NCBI GenBank assembly: GCA_023381255.1 | Contig: JAMCTX010000021.1 | Coordinates: forward strand, 5,184-69,183 | Reading direction: 5' to 3' | DNA length: 64,000 bases | From: Nitrososphaerota archaeon | Lineage (GTDB): Archaea; Thermoproteota; Nitrososphaeria; Conexivisphaerales; UBA164 | The notes under the pieces: generated by a model | The model's database searches: none | What the model was told of the DNA's origin: nothing | What the model saw: the letters and a program-made list of their open reading frames with translations, nothing else | Shown here: positions 19,097 through 29,010 of the stretch, piece by piece | Layout of the letters: each line of letters begins with the position of its first letter | Position numbering within the stretch: position 1 is the stretch's first letter | Program-made: the position numbers and the translations under genes

Positions 19097-20094
19097 GGAT
19101 AGCGCTTCTGGGGTACGGTACAGTCGGCACTGCTTTTCACAGGCTTGTAAACGAAAAGAAGAACCTACTGAAGGAAAAGTATGGTATTGTCCCCCAACTG
19201 GTCGCGATATGTGACAGGTCCGGGTGCATGGTCAATGAGGAAGGCATATCTTATGAAACAGCGTACAAGGCTAAAACTGAATCAGGGCGGGTGTGCAGTG
19301 AAGGCAGCGTGATGCGTCCCATGGACGTAATCAGGGGACTGTCCCTGGACCTGATGGTGGAAACAACCACCGCAAATTTTAAGACCGGCGAACCATCACT
19401 TTCCCACATCTTTGAATCGATGAAGCGTGGGATACATGTAATAACAACAAACAAGGCGCCCCTTGCTTTGCACATGCCAGCGCTTCTGGAAGAAGCCTCT
19501 TTAAATGGGGTCGAATTTCTTTACAGCGGGACGGTGGGGGGTGGGACCCCATTTATCAGTTTTGGAGATAAGGTGCTAAGAGGAAATTCACTCAAGGGAA
19601 TAAAGGGCATTTTAAACGGGACTACCAATTATATGTTAAGCAGGGTTATTGATAGCGGGCTGCAGATGAGCGAAGCTTTGAGTGAAGCCCAGAGGCTAGG
19701 AATAGCCGAAGCAGATCCGACACTTGACCTTAACGGCTTTGATTCTGCTGCAAAGCTCGTAATATTGATGAATCACCTGCTGAACAAAAGGGTTACTATA
19801 TCCGACATAAAAATATCAGGAATAAAGGAGGACCTGCCAAAATATGCAGGCGACCAGACAGTAAAATTAATTGCGTCTTCATTTCCAGAACCAAAAGTTT
19901 CAATGGAAGTTGTGAAGCGGGGTAGTCCCATGGACGTGGGAGGCACATATAATGTGCTTGAATTTAGCGTCGAAGAGCTCGACAAAATTTACGTTACGGG
20001 TAGGGGAGCCGGGGGCCAAGAAACCGCGGCTTCGATAATAAGGGACATAGTTGAGCTGAAGGAAAAATTAATGCAGAAGTCATACCAGATTTAG
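19093..20094 (+). CDS. hom: homoserine dehydrogenase
   Basis: ATGA overlap with thrC. Contains 'IALLGYGTVG' (Rossmann) and 'GILNGTTNYML...A..LG.AEADPT.D'. Confidence 0.9.
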   Translation: MRIALLGYGTVGTAFHRLVNEKKNLLKEKYGIVPQLVAICDRSGCMVNEEGISYETAYKAKTESGRVCSEGSVMRPMDVIRGLSLDLMVETTTANFKTGEPSLSHIFESMKRGIHVITTNKAPLALHMPALLEEASLNGVEFLYSGTVGGGTPFISFGDKVLRGNSLKGIKGILNGTTNYMLSRVIDSGLQMSEALSEAQRLGIAEADPTLDLNGFDSAAKLVILMNHLLNKRVTISDIKISGIKEDLPKYAGDQTVKLIASSFPEPKVSMEVVKRGSPMDVGGTYNVLEFSVEELDKIYVTGRGAGGQETAASIIRDIVELKEKLMQKSYQI

Positions 20095-20274
20095 CTCTGC
20101 AAATTAAGGTCAAAGATGTGCTGCCCAGTATATTAGATTCTTGATACAATTTTTTATTTTGTCGACGATTTATCTTCGAATACCCATTAAATAGACTATT
20201 CAAATATACTGTTGATGACCTTAAAAAGCGCATTTATGAATATTTACGGTGTTTCTATATCCCCTATATATAAG

Positions 20275-20350
20275 TGGGGCTGGCCGGATTTGAACCGGCG
20301 ATCACCAGCGCCCAAGGCTGGCAGCCTAAACCATGCTAGCCGACAGCCCC
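20275..20350 (-). tRNA. tRNA-Pro (UGG)
   Basis: The cloverleaf folds by hand from GGGGCUG...CCAGC-CUUGGGC-GCUGG...GGUUCAAAUCC...CAGCCCCA. No CCA is encoded. Confidence 0.9.
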
Positions 20351-21252
20351 TACTTTACAATGCTCAATATTCCTTTAGATAAAGCTTCCGCCGAACTAAC
20401 GCGGGTAGTCTGGTTGGGGACGGTGTCCGAACTTATTATTTCTGTTATTCCTTCGCTGTACAATTTGTAGAGTGCTTCATTTACAAACAACCCGTGCGCG
20501 CATGCAACACCTTTGAGCTTTCCTCCGCCATCAGAAATGAGTTTTGAAGCCTCTATTATCGTGCCCCCCGTGCTGATTATGTCGTCAACCACGAACGCGT
20601 TCTTGCCTTTGAGGTCAAGGCTTCCGCTCACCTTTACATCTTCATCCCCATACCTTTTCTTTTGCAGCGCGCCGTATTCTTTAACCCCTACAGATTCTGC
20701 GGCAATCTTTGCCCACTGTATTGCTTCACCATCTGGACCCACGATTACGGTTTTATCGTTTATCAGCCCCTGCGATGCTGCGTACTTGGTCAGGTCTGGC
20801 ATAACTGAAACATCAATCCATTTACCATTAAACACTGAGCTGAAATCAAGTATCCTGTGCCGATGCACGTCGACCGTTATCAGACTGCTTATCCCAGATG
20901 CGTTAAGAAGCCCGGCGACGGCAGCTACGCTTATCGCTTCTCCTGGTTTGAACCTTTCATCCTGCCTGGCATAGGCAAAGTACGGTGCTACCAAGGACAC
21001 GCTACTTGCGCCGGCATCACGCGCTGCTGATGCAAGCAGCAACGATTCAATTATGTATTCATCTGGTTTAAAGTGCATCGACTGGACTATAAACACGTTT
21101 TTACCGTTAACATCAGAATCTATCCTTACGTACTTTTCGCTGTCTGGAAACCTTCTAATTTCTGCCCTGGCAGGTTTGACGCCAAGCCGTCTCGCTATCA
21201 GGAAGGCAAGCGGCGCGTTAGAGGAACCCGGAACTATTACTATTTCGCTCAC
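20350..21252 (-). CDS. prs: ribose-phosphate pyrophosphokinase
   Basis: 'VVDDIISTGGT' PRPP-binding loop and 'RFPDSE' near the N-terminus. Confidence 0.9.
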   Translation of the reverse strand: MSEIVIVPGSSNAPLAFLIARRLGVKPARAEIRRFPDSEKYVRIDSDVNGKNVFIVQSMHFKPDEYIIESLLLASAARDAGASSVSLVAPYFAYARQDERFKPGEAISVAAVAGLLNASGISSLITVDVHRHRILDFSSVFNGKWIDVSVMPDLTKYAASQGLINDKTVIVGPDGEAIQWAKIAAESVGVKEYGALQKKRYGDEDVKVSGSLDLKGKNAFVVDDIISTGGTIIEASKLISDGGGKLKGVACAHGLFVNEALYKLYSEGITEIISSDTVPNQTTRVSSAEALSKGILSIVK

Positions 21253-21259
21253 AAGGAGG

Positions 21260-22186
21260 TTATATACTGTCCGTATTTATCTTTTTTTGATGACTTTCAT
21301 TGACCACTTCTCTGTACGACTTGATCAGGCCGCCTATACCTATAACCCCGACAACCGCCAGCACAAGCAGCAAGCCCATATCAAAGGTATTTAAATTAGG
21401 CACGCCCAACCCCGTGGAAATGGCAAATGTGTCAAGTGAGGGGAACAAGATTACAAAGATTCCAATCAAGGCAAACGCCGCACCGCCGTAATAGAGTGTC
21501 CTTCCTGCGCTTCTTCGTGCAACTACTTTTATGTCACTCTCGCTGAGTTTCTTGGCCTTCAGTATGTTTGCAAAGACCGCACCAAACAGAATCTGCATGA
21601 TCATTGTTCCAATTCCAAACATTATGCCTGGAAGTGGCGCGTATATTAGGGAGGGCACCATAGGAGCAAGCACAAACGTTATAACTGTTGCATACGCCCC
21701 AAACCCAAACCCCGCTATCAGGCCGTGCACCACGGTCATCCTTAGCGGTATTTCCTTCTCATGAACTTCGTGCAAAGGGATTCTGGAAGCGTTGCTGCTG
21801 TGATGCTTCTTGCCCCCAAGCAGGACATCAACTGGCAGATGAATGTACCTGCCCTTCAATACGTATGAACCAGCAATTGCCATCACCAGCCCCACCACTA
21901 TGTACACAGGCCCGTCAAGGTTGTATTTTATGTAAAAGTAGGCAAGCCCGAGGAATCCCAGCGTGGTAAGCAGCGCGCGCTGAAATGTAAACCCCAATGA
22001 AAAGAGGAATCCGGCTTTCATCCCTCCTTTTGTGCTGTACGAGCCTATGGCATAGCTGAATGTTATTGGCCAAGTGTGTTCATCGGGAGTAGCCCCATGG
22101 AGAAGGCCAAGCACCATAGATATGAGCAGTATCTCCGACAGGGTTATGCCCGAAGGGGGGCTTAAAAGGAAGCTCAGTATTGACAT
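21260..22186 (-). CDS. polytopic membrane protein, putative metal-ion transporter
   Basis: Eight or more TM segments with a His/Asp motif 'LLHGATPDEHTW' in TM1. It lies immediately downstream of a DtxR-type regulator. The function is inferred from context only. Confidence 0.45.
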   Translation of the reverse strand: MSILSFLLSPPSGITLSEILLISMVLGLLHGATPDEHTWPITFSYAIGSYSTKGGMKAGFLFSLGFTFQRALLTTLGFLGLAYFYIKYNLDGPVYIVVGLVMAIAGSYVLKGRYIHLPVDVLLGGKKHHSSNASRIPLHEVHEKEIPLRMTVVHGLIAGFGFGAYATVITFVLAPMVPSLIYAPLPGIMFGIGTMIMQILFGAVFANILKAKKLSESDIKVVARRSAGRTLYYGGAAFALIGIFVILFPSLDTFAISTGLGVPNLNTFDMGLLLVLAVVGVIGIGGLIKSYREVVNESHQKKINTDSI

Positions 22187-22582
22187 TTAGGTCACATTTA
22201 TGAGCTTGCCATGCGGGCATAACTCAGGGGCATTCAGCTTCCCAAAGAGTTTTATAATCACTTCTTGGTCAACCAGGTAGTCTATTTTGCTGCACTCTTT
22301 GCATGCAAGGTCGGGTTCTATTCCGAACCTGAACAGCAGCGTTTCCAGCGTCCTGTGTGCCATGATTATTTTCCTGTAAAATTCGTGCCCATTCTTTGTG
22401 AGGACAATCATTCCTGTCTTAGTCTCTACAAGACCGGCCTTCTTCAGCCTTTCAATCATTTCGAAAGCTGTCGGCTCGCTCACCCCCAGGGACCTTGCGA
22501 GTTCGCTGAGTCTCATTGGAAACTTATCGGTGCTTTGCCCTATTTGCACCATGTAATCCCTTTCCTTTTTAGTTATATGCAT
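22187..22582 (-). CDS. DtxR/MntR-family metal-dependent transcriptional regulator
   Basis: 'LSELARSLGVSEPTAFEMIERLKKAGLV' is the HTH, followed by a dimerisation helix. The track start at 22690 adds a hydrophobic artefact. The ATG at 22582 (MHITKKERDYMVQI) fits the family. Confidence 0.8.
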   Translation of the reverse strand: MHITKKERDYMVQIGQSTDKFPMRLSELARSLGVSEPTAFEMIERLKKAGLVETKTGMIVLTKNGHEFYRKIIMAHRTLETLLFRFGIEPDLACKECSKIDYLVDQEVIIKLFGKLNAPELCPHGKLINVT

Positions 22583-22587
22583 ATTAT

Positions 22588-22604
22588 TATAGGATATACC
22601 TATA
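22588..22604. promoter_or_regulatory. AT-rich inverted repeat TATAGG-N5-CCTATA, candidate operator
   Basis: It lies 6-22 nt upstream of the DtxR start in the 76-nt divergent spacer shared with the amidohydrolase gene. Confidence 0.3.
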
Positions 22605-22658
22605 ATATATAAGCATATCTTAAAAACAGTTAATAATATTGCAGCTGCAATAGCGGTT

Positions 22659-24017
22659 ATGGAAAGCGTTGTCATCAGGGATGGGCTCACTTACACGAAC
22701 GGGATCCTCACGGAAGCCAGTGTGCTTGTAGAGAATGGAAAAATAGCCAAAATATCGAAGGGAAGCATAGAAGGCGATCGCGTGATCGATGCAAGCGGAA
22801 AGCTTGTGCTTCCAGGCGCGATAGATGTTCATGCGCATACTCACGACCCCGGATTTCTATACAGAGAAGATTTTGAAGATGCAAGCCGGGCTGCGCTTCT
22901 GGGAGGTATAACCGCCTATGTTGAAATGCCGCTTGTAAAGGATATTGACGATGGACCAAGCTTTGAGGAAAGGAAAGCTGATGGGGCCAGATTGTCATAC
23001 GTGGACTTCGGTATTCATGCGGGTTTTATGAGGGCAAAAAACTACGCCAGAATAGGTGAACTTAACAAACTCGGGCTGAGAACTTTCAAGGTGTTCACCT
23101 GCAGGCCGTTTCAGGCCGAGGATGGCATTCTGATAAAACTACTGGCTGAATCGGAATCAACCGGCTCACTGATGCTGTTCCATTCGGAGGATGAAGGCAT
23201 TTTGAGCTATTATTCAGAACTGTTTGCAGAAAGGAGGGATCAGCTGTGCGTCCATGAAGCCAGGCCTGCAGAAGCTGAGGAACTTGCAATATCAAAAATT
23301 GGATCATATTCTTTGCTTACTGGCGGGCATGCCCACATTGTTCACCTGAGCAGCGCCTTGGGCCTTGAAGCCATCAGCAGGTTCAAGGGGCTTGGAGCTG
23401 ACATCACAAGTGAAACCTGCCCGCATTACCTGATATTCACCAGAAAGGACGCAGAGCGGCTGGGTCCATATGCAAAAATGGCCCCATCGTTGAAGGGGCA
23501 GCACGACGTTGAAGAACTCTGGAAAGGACTCCAGTCCGGAAAAATAGAGATGGTCACCACAGATCATGCGCCGGGGACTCATGAAGAGAAGGACGTGGGG
23601 TACAAGAATCCGTGGCAGGCGTGGGGCGGTATTCCGGGGCTGGCAACCATGTTTCCGCTGATCTACACGGAGGGATTTGAAAGGGGCAGGCTGGACGTTG
23701 AAACGCTGGTGAAGGTCACGTCCGAGAACGCGGCAAAGCGCTTTGGCATGCTGGGAAAAGGTTCGATTTCTGTGGGAAACTCGGGGGACCTGATGATAAT
23801 AGACAGAACCTATGAAAGGGTCGTGGACGGTAAGGAATTGTACAAGGTCGGCTGGTCTGCATATGATGGCATGAAACTTAAAGGGTGGCCCCAGCACGTT
23901 CTGTCAGGTGGCGAACTTGCAGTGGAAGACTGGAATTTTGTGAAGAAGGGCAGGGGAAAGTTCATTGAACTTAACCCGCCTACAGGTAAGCCAAGAGTGC
24001 AGCCACAAGGCCTGTAA
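22659..24017 (+). CDS. cyclic amidohydrolase (dihydroorotase / allantoinase / hydantoinase family)
   Basis: Metal ligands 'DVHAHTH', 'FKVF' (carboxylated Lys), 'LFHSED', 'HIVHLSS' and 'TTDHAP'. Confidence 0.8.
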   Translation: MESVVIRDGLTYTNGILTEASVLVENGKIAKISKGSIEGDRVIDASGKLVLPGAIDVHAHTHDPGFLYREDFEDASRAALLGGITAYVEMPLVKDIDDGPSFEERKADGARLSYVDFGIHAGFMRAKNYARIGELNKLGLRTFKVFTCRPFQAEDGILIKLLAESESTGSLMLFHSEDEGILSYYSELFAERRDQLCVHEARPAEAEELAISKIGSYSLLTGGHAHIVHLSSALGLEAISRFKGLGADITSETCPHYLIFTRKDAERLGPYAKMAPSLKGQHDVEELWKGLQSGKIEMVTTDHAPGTHEEKDVGYKNPWQAWGGIPGLATMFPLIYTEGFERGRLDVETLVKVTSENAAKRFGMLGKGSISVGNSGDLMIIDRTYERVVDGKELYKVGWSAYDGMKLKGWPQHVLSGGELAVEDWNFVKKGRGKFIELNPPTGKPRVQPQGL

Positions 24018-24666
24018 CAAATACGCCATCAAATATGCCTGCGCCTCCTATGCTAACAAACGATGCATTCAGGTTCTTTATCTTTTTCAGGTTAAGAAGG
24101 TCGGCGCCGATAAGAGCCCCCATGGTTCCAGATATATATGCGCCTATAACAGGAGATGACGGAATCAGAATCAATGACGTCAGAGCTGCCAGAACCGGGG
24201 GCAAAAAGAAGGGGGTCATTATGCCCACGCCCCTCACGGGCCTCGCAATTATGTGCATGAGCAAGGACGTTATCACTACAGCCATGATTATCTGGGGCAA
24301 TATTGAAATGTGCATCACTGAAAGGTACACCGATGCTATTGCAGGCACCACTGCGCCTCCCAAGTTTACCGCAACTGTTACCTTTTGTGCACCATAAAAT
24401 GGAACCTGCACGTCGAACCCCATCCACTTTATGTTGCGGACAGTCATTATAGGCTGATCCGTTTTAAGAGTTAAAACGGGTATGTTGACACCCGCCCCCA
24501 GCAGGGAAACGGCTGATATGATCAATATTTCCAGTGGAGTGAAACCCACGATTGAAAGTGAAAAATAGAAAACCCAGCCAAGGAAAAGCAGGATGAGGAA
24601 CGCTATGAATATCAGCATCCTGTAATCAATGTAAAGTACCGGTCTCAATTTCAGTAACTGTTGCAA
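23980..24666 (-). CDS. integral membrane protein (DUF1614-like)
   Basis: Polytopic. It converges on the amidohydrolase gene and overlaps it by 38 nt. The family assignment is from memory. Confidence 0.45.
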   Translation of the reverse strand: MQQLLKLRPVLYIDYRMLIFIAFLILLFLGWVFYFSLSIVGFTPLEILIISAVSLLGAGVNIPVLTLKTDQPIMTVRNIKWMGFDVQVPFYGAQKVTVAVNLGGAVVPAIASVYLSVMHISILPQIIMAVVITSLLMHIIARPVRGVGIMTPFFLPPVLAALTSLILIPSSPVIGAYISGTMGALIGADLLNLKKIKNLNASFVSIGGAGIFDGVFVTGLVAALLAYL

Positions 24667-24704
24667 AGTGATTTTTAATTGTTTGCAGAAAATTATCCTG
24701 TGAC

Positions 24705-25562
24705 ATGTTTATAAATCCCTTCAAAAAAATAAAACACAGTAAATTGGATGTCGTTGAAGTAAAGAATTTGACATTTTATTACAGTGGCTCCAGCAGGCCT
24801 GCGCTGGAAAACGTAAACTTTGGCCTGGCTGGGGGCTCTGTGCTGCTGCTTGTGGGCGTCAGCGGATGCGGAAAAACCACCCTGTTGAGGTCAATTGTAG
24901 GCCTTGTTCCCAAGTTCTATGCAGGCAAATATGAAGGAAGCGTCCTCCTGAACGGGAAAAATATAAATGAAATGGATATGCCGGAGATCTCGCAGTATGT
25001 GGGTTACCTTTTCCAGAATCCTGACAATCAGCTTTTTTCGTATACGGTTGAACGAGATCTTGCCTTCGGGCTGGAAAATCTAGGCGTTGAAAAAAGTGAG
25101 GCAATTAAAAGAATTGATGAAATTATACAGCTGCTTTCTCTGGACGGCATCAGAAAAAAACCGATCTACGAGCTGAGCGACGGCCAGAAGCAGGTGGTTG
25201 CTCTGGCGGGGATACTGGTGCTCAGGCCAAAGCTCCTGGTGCTTGATGAACCTACGTCGCTCCTGGACCCCAGGACGGCATTGAGCATAATCAACATTGT
25301 AAAGATGCTGAAGGACAAATTCGGGATTTCCGCGATAATTGTTGAGCACAGGCTTGAACTTGCCCTTGAGATTTCAGATTATATCATGGTTATGGCGGGC
25401 GGATCAGTTAAAATGTTTGACAGCACCAGACAGGCGTTGAGGAACCGCCTGCAAGATTATGGCGTTGCTGTCCCGCCTGTTATATCAGTGCAGAGGGAAC
25501 TCATGTGCGACCCGCTTGAACTTACAGTGAAAGATTTTGTGGGGAGGCTACATGCAAGGTGA
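24705..25562 (+). CDS. ecfA: ECF transporter ATPase component
   Basis: Walker A 'GVSGCGKTT', signature 'LSDGQKQ', Walker B 'LLVLDEP'. Confidence 0.85.
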   Translation: MFINPFKKIKHSKLDVVEVKNLTFYYSGSSRPALENVNFGLAGGSVLLLVGVSGCGKTTLLRSIVGLVPKFYAGKYEGSVLLNGKNINEMDMPEISQYVGYLFQNPDNQLFSYTVERDLAFGLENLGVEKSEAIKRIDEIIQLLSLDGIRKKPIYELSDGQKQVVALAGILVLRPKLLVLDEPTSLLDPRTALSIINIVKMLKDKFGISAIIVEHRLELALEISDYIMVMAGGSVKMFDSTRQALRNRLQDYGVAVPPVISVQRELMCDPLELTVKDFVGRLHAR

Positions 25563-26362
25563 TTGAAGTAAATGACATTTATTTTTCGTACGATGATTAT
25601 CAGGTGCTAAATGGCATAAGCTTTAAAGTAAAAACTGGTGAAGTTCTGGCAGTAGTTGGCTCAAACGGTTCTGGAAAGACAACCCTTTTAAAACACCTAA
25701 ACGGCATACTGAAGCCGAAAAGGGGTTCTGTGAAGGTATTTGGCATGGACACCGGGTCAGTGAAAATTTCCGAGCTGTCAAGGAGGGTTGGGCTGGTCAT
25801 GCAGAATTCTGACCACCAGCTCTTTGCCAGCAGCGTCACAGATGAAATAAGCTTTGCACTGCGGAATTTCGGGTTCAGCAAAATCGAAATTGACTCGCAT
25901 GTCAGGGAAGTGCTTGACGAATTTGGACTTTATGAATTCAGGAACAGGCCGCCTCTCAGCCTCAGCGGGGGTGAGAAAAAAAGACTGTGCATTGCAACAG
26001 TCATGGCCTGGCAGCCTGAAATTGTGATGCTTGACGAACCTACTGTGGGACAGGATGCGGTGAACAAGAAAAACCTGAGAAAAATCATAAACCGCCTTTC
26101 GCAGGATGGAAAGACGGTCATAATATCCACGCATGACCTTGAATTCCTGTGGCCTATTAACCCAAGGACCATTGTTATCTCCCATGGCAAAGTTCTGACG
26201 GATGGTAGCCTGCGTTCAATCAGCTTAAACGGCACTGTTTTTGCGTCAGCCAACCTAATTGCCCCTCAGCTGGCGGCGCTAGCCAGCGGCATTGGTCTGA
26301 ATGAGCCCCCTGCTGATGAAGCTCAGGCTGTTGAGATGATAAAGCAATGGCAAAAAGCGTGA
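25559..26362 (+). CDS. ecfA: ECF transporter ATPase component (second)
   Basis: Walker A 'GSNGSGKTT', signature 'LSGGEKK', Walker B 'IVMLDEP'. It overlaps the upstream ATPase gene by 4 nt. Confidence 0.85.
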   Translation: MIEVNDIYFSYDDYQVLNGISFKVKTGEVLAVVGSNGSGKTTLLKHLNGILKPKRGSVKVFGMDTGSVKISELSRRVGLVMQNSDHQLFASSVTDEISFALRNFGFSKIEIDSHVREVLDEFGLYEFRNRPPLSLSGGEKKRLCIATVMAWQPEIVMLDEPTVGQDAVNKKNLRKIINRLSQDGKTVIISTHDLEFLWPINPRTIVISHGKVLTDGSLRSISLNGTVFASANLIAPQLAALASGIGLNEPPADEAQAVEMIKQWQKA

Positions 26363-27063
26363 TGAAAGCATACATTTACCAGAGCAGAAATTCCTGGTTC
26401 TTGAGGCGGGACCCTCGGGCCAAGATCGTCGCTTCAGTGATACTGATAGTTGCGTCACTTGCAATTTTTGACTTTTACAGGTCGCTGGTTATGCTTGCCA
26501 TTATTTTAGTTATATCAGCGTTTGCAAAGATCATCAATAAAACCCTGAGGTCAGCGCTTGTAGGCATTCCATTTTCCGCCTTTATATTTTTAACTGAGTT
26601 GCTTGCCAGATACGGGCTGCTCTTTTCAGCGACAATTTCCATGAGATTCTTTAATCTGGTGGTATCATCCTCGCTATTTTTCACCACCCTTTCTCCAGAT
26701 GAAATAGAGTTTATAACAAGGTGGCTGAGGATGCCCCGGGATATCTCGTTTGTGGTCGTGTCCACACTCAGGTTTATCCCCCTGCTTGCTATGGACCTGA
26801 GCCAGATAGTTGAGGTGCAGATGTCGCGGGGGCTCGACCTGCAGACAAAAAACCCTGCAAAATGGATAAAAAATTCACTGCCAGTCATAATCCCGCTCAT
26901 TGTAATCTCAGTTTTGAGGAGCCAGCAGATGGCAGAGGCTATCGAGCTCAGGGGATACGGGGCATCAAAAAGACCCACGCGGCTGGTTGAATTTAGATTT
27001 GGCGCAGCCGACTTGATGCTTGTGCTTGCTGTTTTTCTTGCAGCAATTGTGATAATAGTTTAG
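26347..27063 (+). CDS. ecfT: ECF transporter transmembrane (T) component
   Basis: CbiQ-like topology with the conserved 'ARG' type coupling helices ('EVQMSRGLD', 'AIELRGY'). Confidence 0.75.
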   Translation: MAKSVMKAYIYQSRNSWFLRRDPRAKIVASVILIVASLAIFDFYRSLVMLAIILVISAFAKIINKTLRSALVGIPFSAFIFLTELLARYGLLFSATISMRFFNLVVSSSLFFTTLSPDEIEFITRWLRMPRDISFVVVSTLRFIPLLAMDLSQIVEVQMSRGLDLQTKNPAKWIKNSLPVIIPLIVISVLRSQQMAEAIELRGYGASKRPTRLVEFRFGAADLMLVLAVFLAAIVIIV

Positions 27064-27093
27064 CTTATATTTGCCACTTTTAACCTAAAGTTC

Positions 27094-27456
27094 ATGGAAG
27101 CATTCAGGATAAAGGTTGGCACATGGTTTAATCTTCCTAAACTTGAAAGGAACGATTTTATGGAGCTCATGCGCTCTGGCATATATTACAAAAGCGGCAG
27201 CGGATTCATGGTCAGGGAAGTCGCCGATATGGCTGGCGCAAAAAGGGTACTTGAGAAAGTTTTGACAAAGCCAGTTTACGTAGGTTTCAACTGCGCCATC
27301 TGCAACAGGGAAACAGATTGCAGCGCCTGCGAATACAAATACTACTGCCCCGTGGAAACCACCGGTGGCGCATGCATATGCAACGATTGCATGCAGAAAA
27401 AAAGCTTAGCCGATTATCTGGCATCAGTAAAGCTCATGATGCAAAATTTAAAATAA
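27094..27456 (+). CDS. Cys-rich hypothetical protein (8 Cys within 33 residues)
   Basis: 'CAICNRETDCSACEYKYYCPVETTGGACICNDC' is two CxxC pairs plus CxCxxC. No family recognised. Confidence 0.5.
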   Translation: MEAFRIKVGTWFNLPKLERNDFMELMRSGIYYKSGSGFMVREVADMAGAKRVLEKVLTKPVYVGFNCAICNRETDCSACEYKYYCPVETTGGACICNDCMQKKSLADYLASVKLMMQNLK

Positions 27457-27479
27457 AATATAAAAAAATAATTAGAAAT

Positions 27480-28826
27480 TTACGATTGTTGCTTAGCATC
27501 AAACCCGGCAAGGCTCTTCTTTCCTGTCTCGAATCCCTTGTACTGCCACATTAGTGCAAGCGCAAATGCTATTATAAACACCGCCATTACAACCCCTGCT
27601 TCTATGTTAAATGGTGTTGTATAATAATATGAAAGTATGCCTGTTATGCTGCCTGCTATGACCCATACAAAGAACCTGACTACGGATACGTATGTGCCTC
27701 TCCTTTTAGTTGGGAACATTTCAGGTTCAAGCATTGCCCTGGAACCCCATGTCAATTCTACAGGAAGGAATAGCAGAGTCATGAGGACCAGCAGAGTGAT
27801 ACCGCTTGTGCTATGAGTTATTGCCTCAAATCCCCAGAGTAATGCCCAGAGCAAAACCATCAAGCCATACGAAATTGTAGCTGTTGTTCTTCTTGAGATT
27901 CTATGCACAAAGAAAATACCAAGAAGTATCCCCACTACTACCATGGTTAATCCTCCAATCAGCGGTATTTCGCTTGCTACATAGTACTGATAATATGTGT
28001 ATCCTACATCATATGTTATATAAACAAATGCCACGTCCTGTGCAATGCCTAGTATAGTTATCATGAGAAATCTGAAACCAAGGCCTGCTGTCACATTTAC
28101 TGACTCGGCTTCTTTATCTACTGCCTTCCATGCTTCATTAATTTCCACTTGCGCTTTTCCAGTTGCAGCTTCCCATGGTATAGATTCTTTAACTGTCCAG
28201 TATCCAATAAGTAAAGCAATTAGTGGAGCTACAAAAAGAAGAACGTACGCGGCATCACTTTCAAATGCTGAAAGACCTAACAAAACTGGTATAAAGACCA
28301 AGGCCACGCCGAGATTGCCGAAGTTTTGCACAATTACTTCGAGGTTTCCACGCCATTTTGCTGGAACAGATTCTGCTATCGCCGTTATTACAGGCGTTTC
28401 AAGCCCAATTGCTGCCATCCCGATAAGTATGAAGGAAATTATTATGGCTGCTACATTAGTTGGCGCCGCAAGAAAAATTATTATGCCTATTAACACCATT
28501 GCAGCTACCAACAAGAAGGAGTTTCTTCTGCCTAATTTATCCGCCATATATCCAGCCAAAAGTGCTCCAACTCCTGCGGCTATGAATGGAGCGCTTAATC
28601 CTAGCCATGCAAAACCCTTTGGTATGACGCCGGTTATCGCGATGACTGGCCCGTAGCTTTCCGCAACACCGTATACCAGCATGCCCATAGCTAAAGCAAT
28701 TATAGCCCCCCAAGGTATTTCCTGAGAAGATTTTGATGCGTTTTGACCTGCATTTTGTTTGCTTTCAGGATTTACTTTTGCAGAGCCTGACGATGCATTA
28801 CTTACTTTTGCGTCTTTACTCGTCAT
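27480..28826 (-). CDS. MFS transporter
   Basis: 12 TM segments with 'MADKLGRRN' (MFS motif A) between TM2 and TM3. Confidence 0.8.
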   Translation of the reverse strand: MTSKDAKVSNASSGSAKVNPESKQNAGQNASKSSQEIPWGAIIALAMGMLVYGVAESYGPVIAITGVIPKGFAWLGLSAPFIAAGVGALLAGYMADKLGRRNSFLLVAAMVLIGIIIFLAAPTNVAAIIISFILIGMAAIGLETPVITAIAESVPAKWRGNLEVIVQNFGNLGVALVFIPVLLGLSAFESDAAYVLLFVAPLIALLIGYWTVKESIPWEAATGKAQVEINEAWKAVDKEAESVNVTAGLGFRFLMITILGIAQDVAFVYITYDVGYTYYQYYVASEIPLIGGLTMVVVGILLGIFFVHRISRRTTATISYGLMVLLWALLWGFEAITHSTSGITLLVLMTLLFLPVELTWGSRAMLEPEMFPTKRRGTYVSVVRFFVWVIAGSITGILSYYYTTPFNIEAGVVMAVFIIAFALALMWQYKGFETGKKSLAGFDAKQQS

Positions 28827-29010
28827 CAGCGATTAAATAATGGCTTGCTATAAAAACCTTGCTCTAGCCAAAAAAATTTGACCAAAAAAGCTACTATTAA
28901 CGACTATTTCAGGATTTAATGATGGTTTTCTTCAGCTCCGAACGGTGTTTTTGAAAAATTTTTTTGACGTCACATAAAGGTTTAAAAGAGTTACATTGCT
29001 GGATTTTGTC

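Noticed and set aside
22583-22690. A 36-aa hydrophobic N-terminal extension of the DtxR-family ORF. Similar extensions occur at 9303-9410 (pcm), 30290-30328 (glycosylase), 34881-34940 (MazG-like) and 42956-43015 (kinase).
   Set aside because: The family-typical N-termini start at internal Met codons. The extensions overlap neighbouring genes or promoters.
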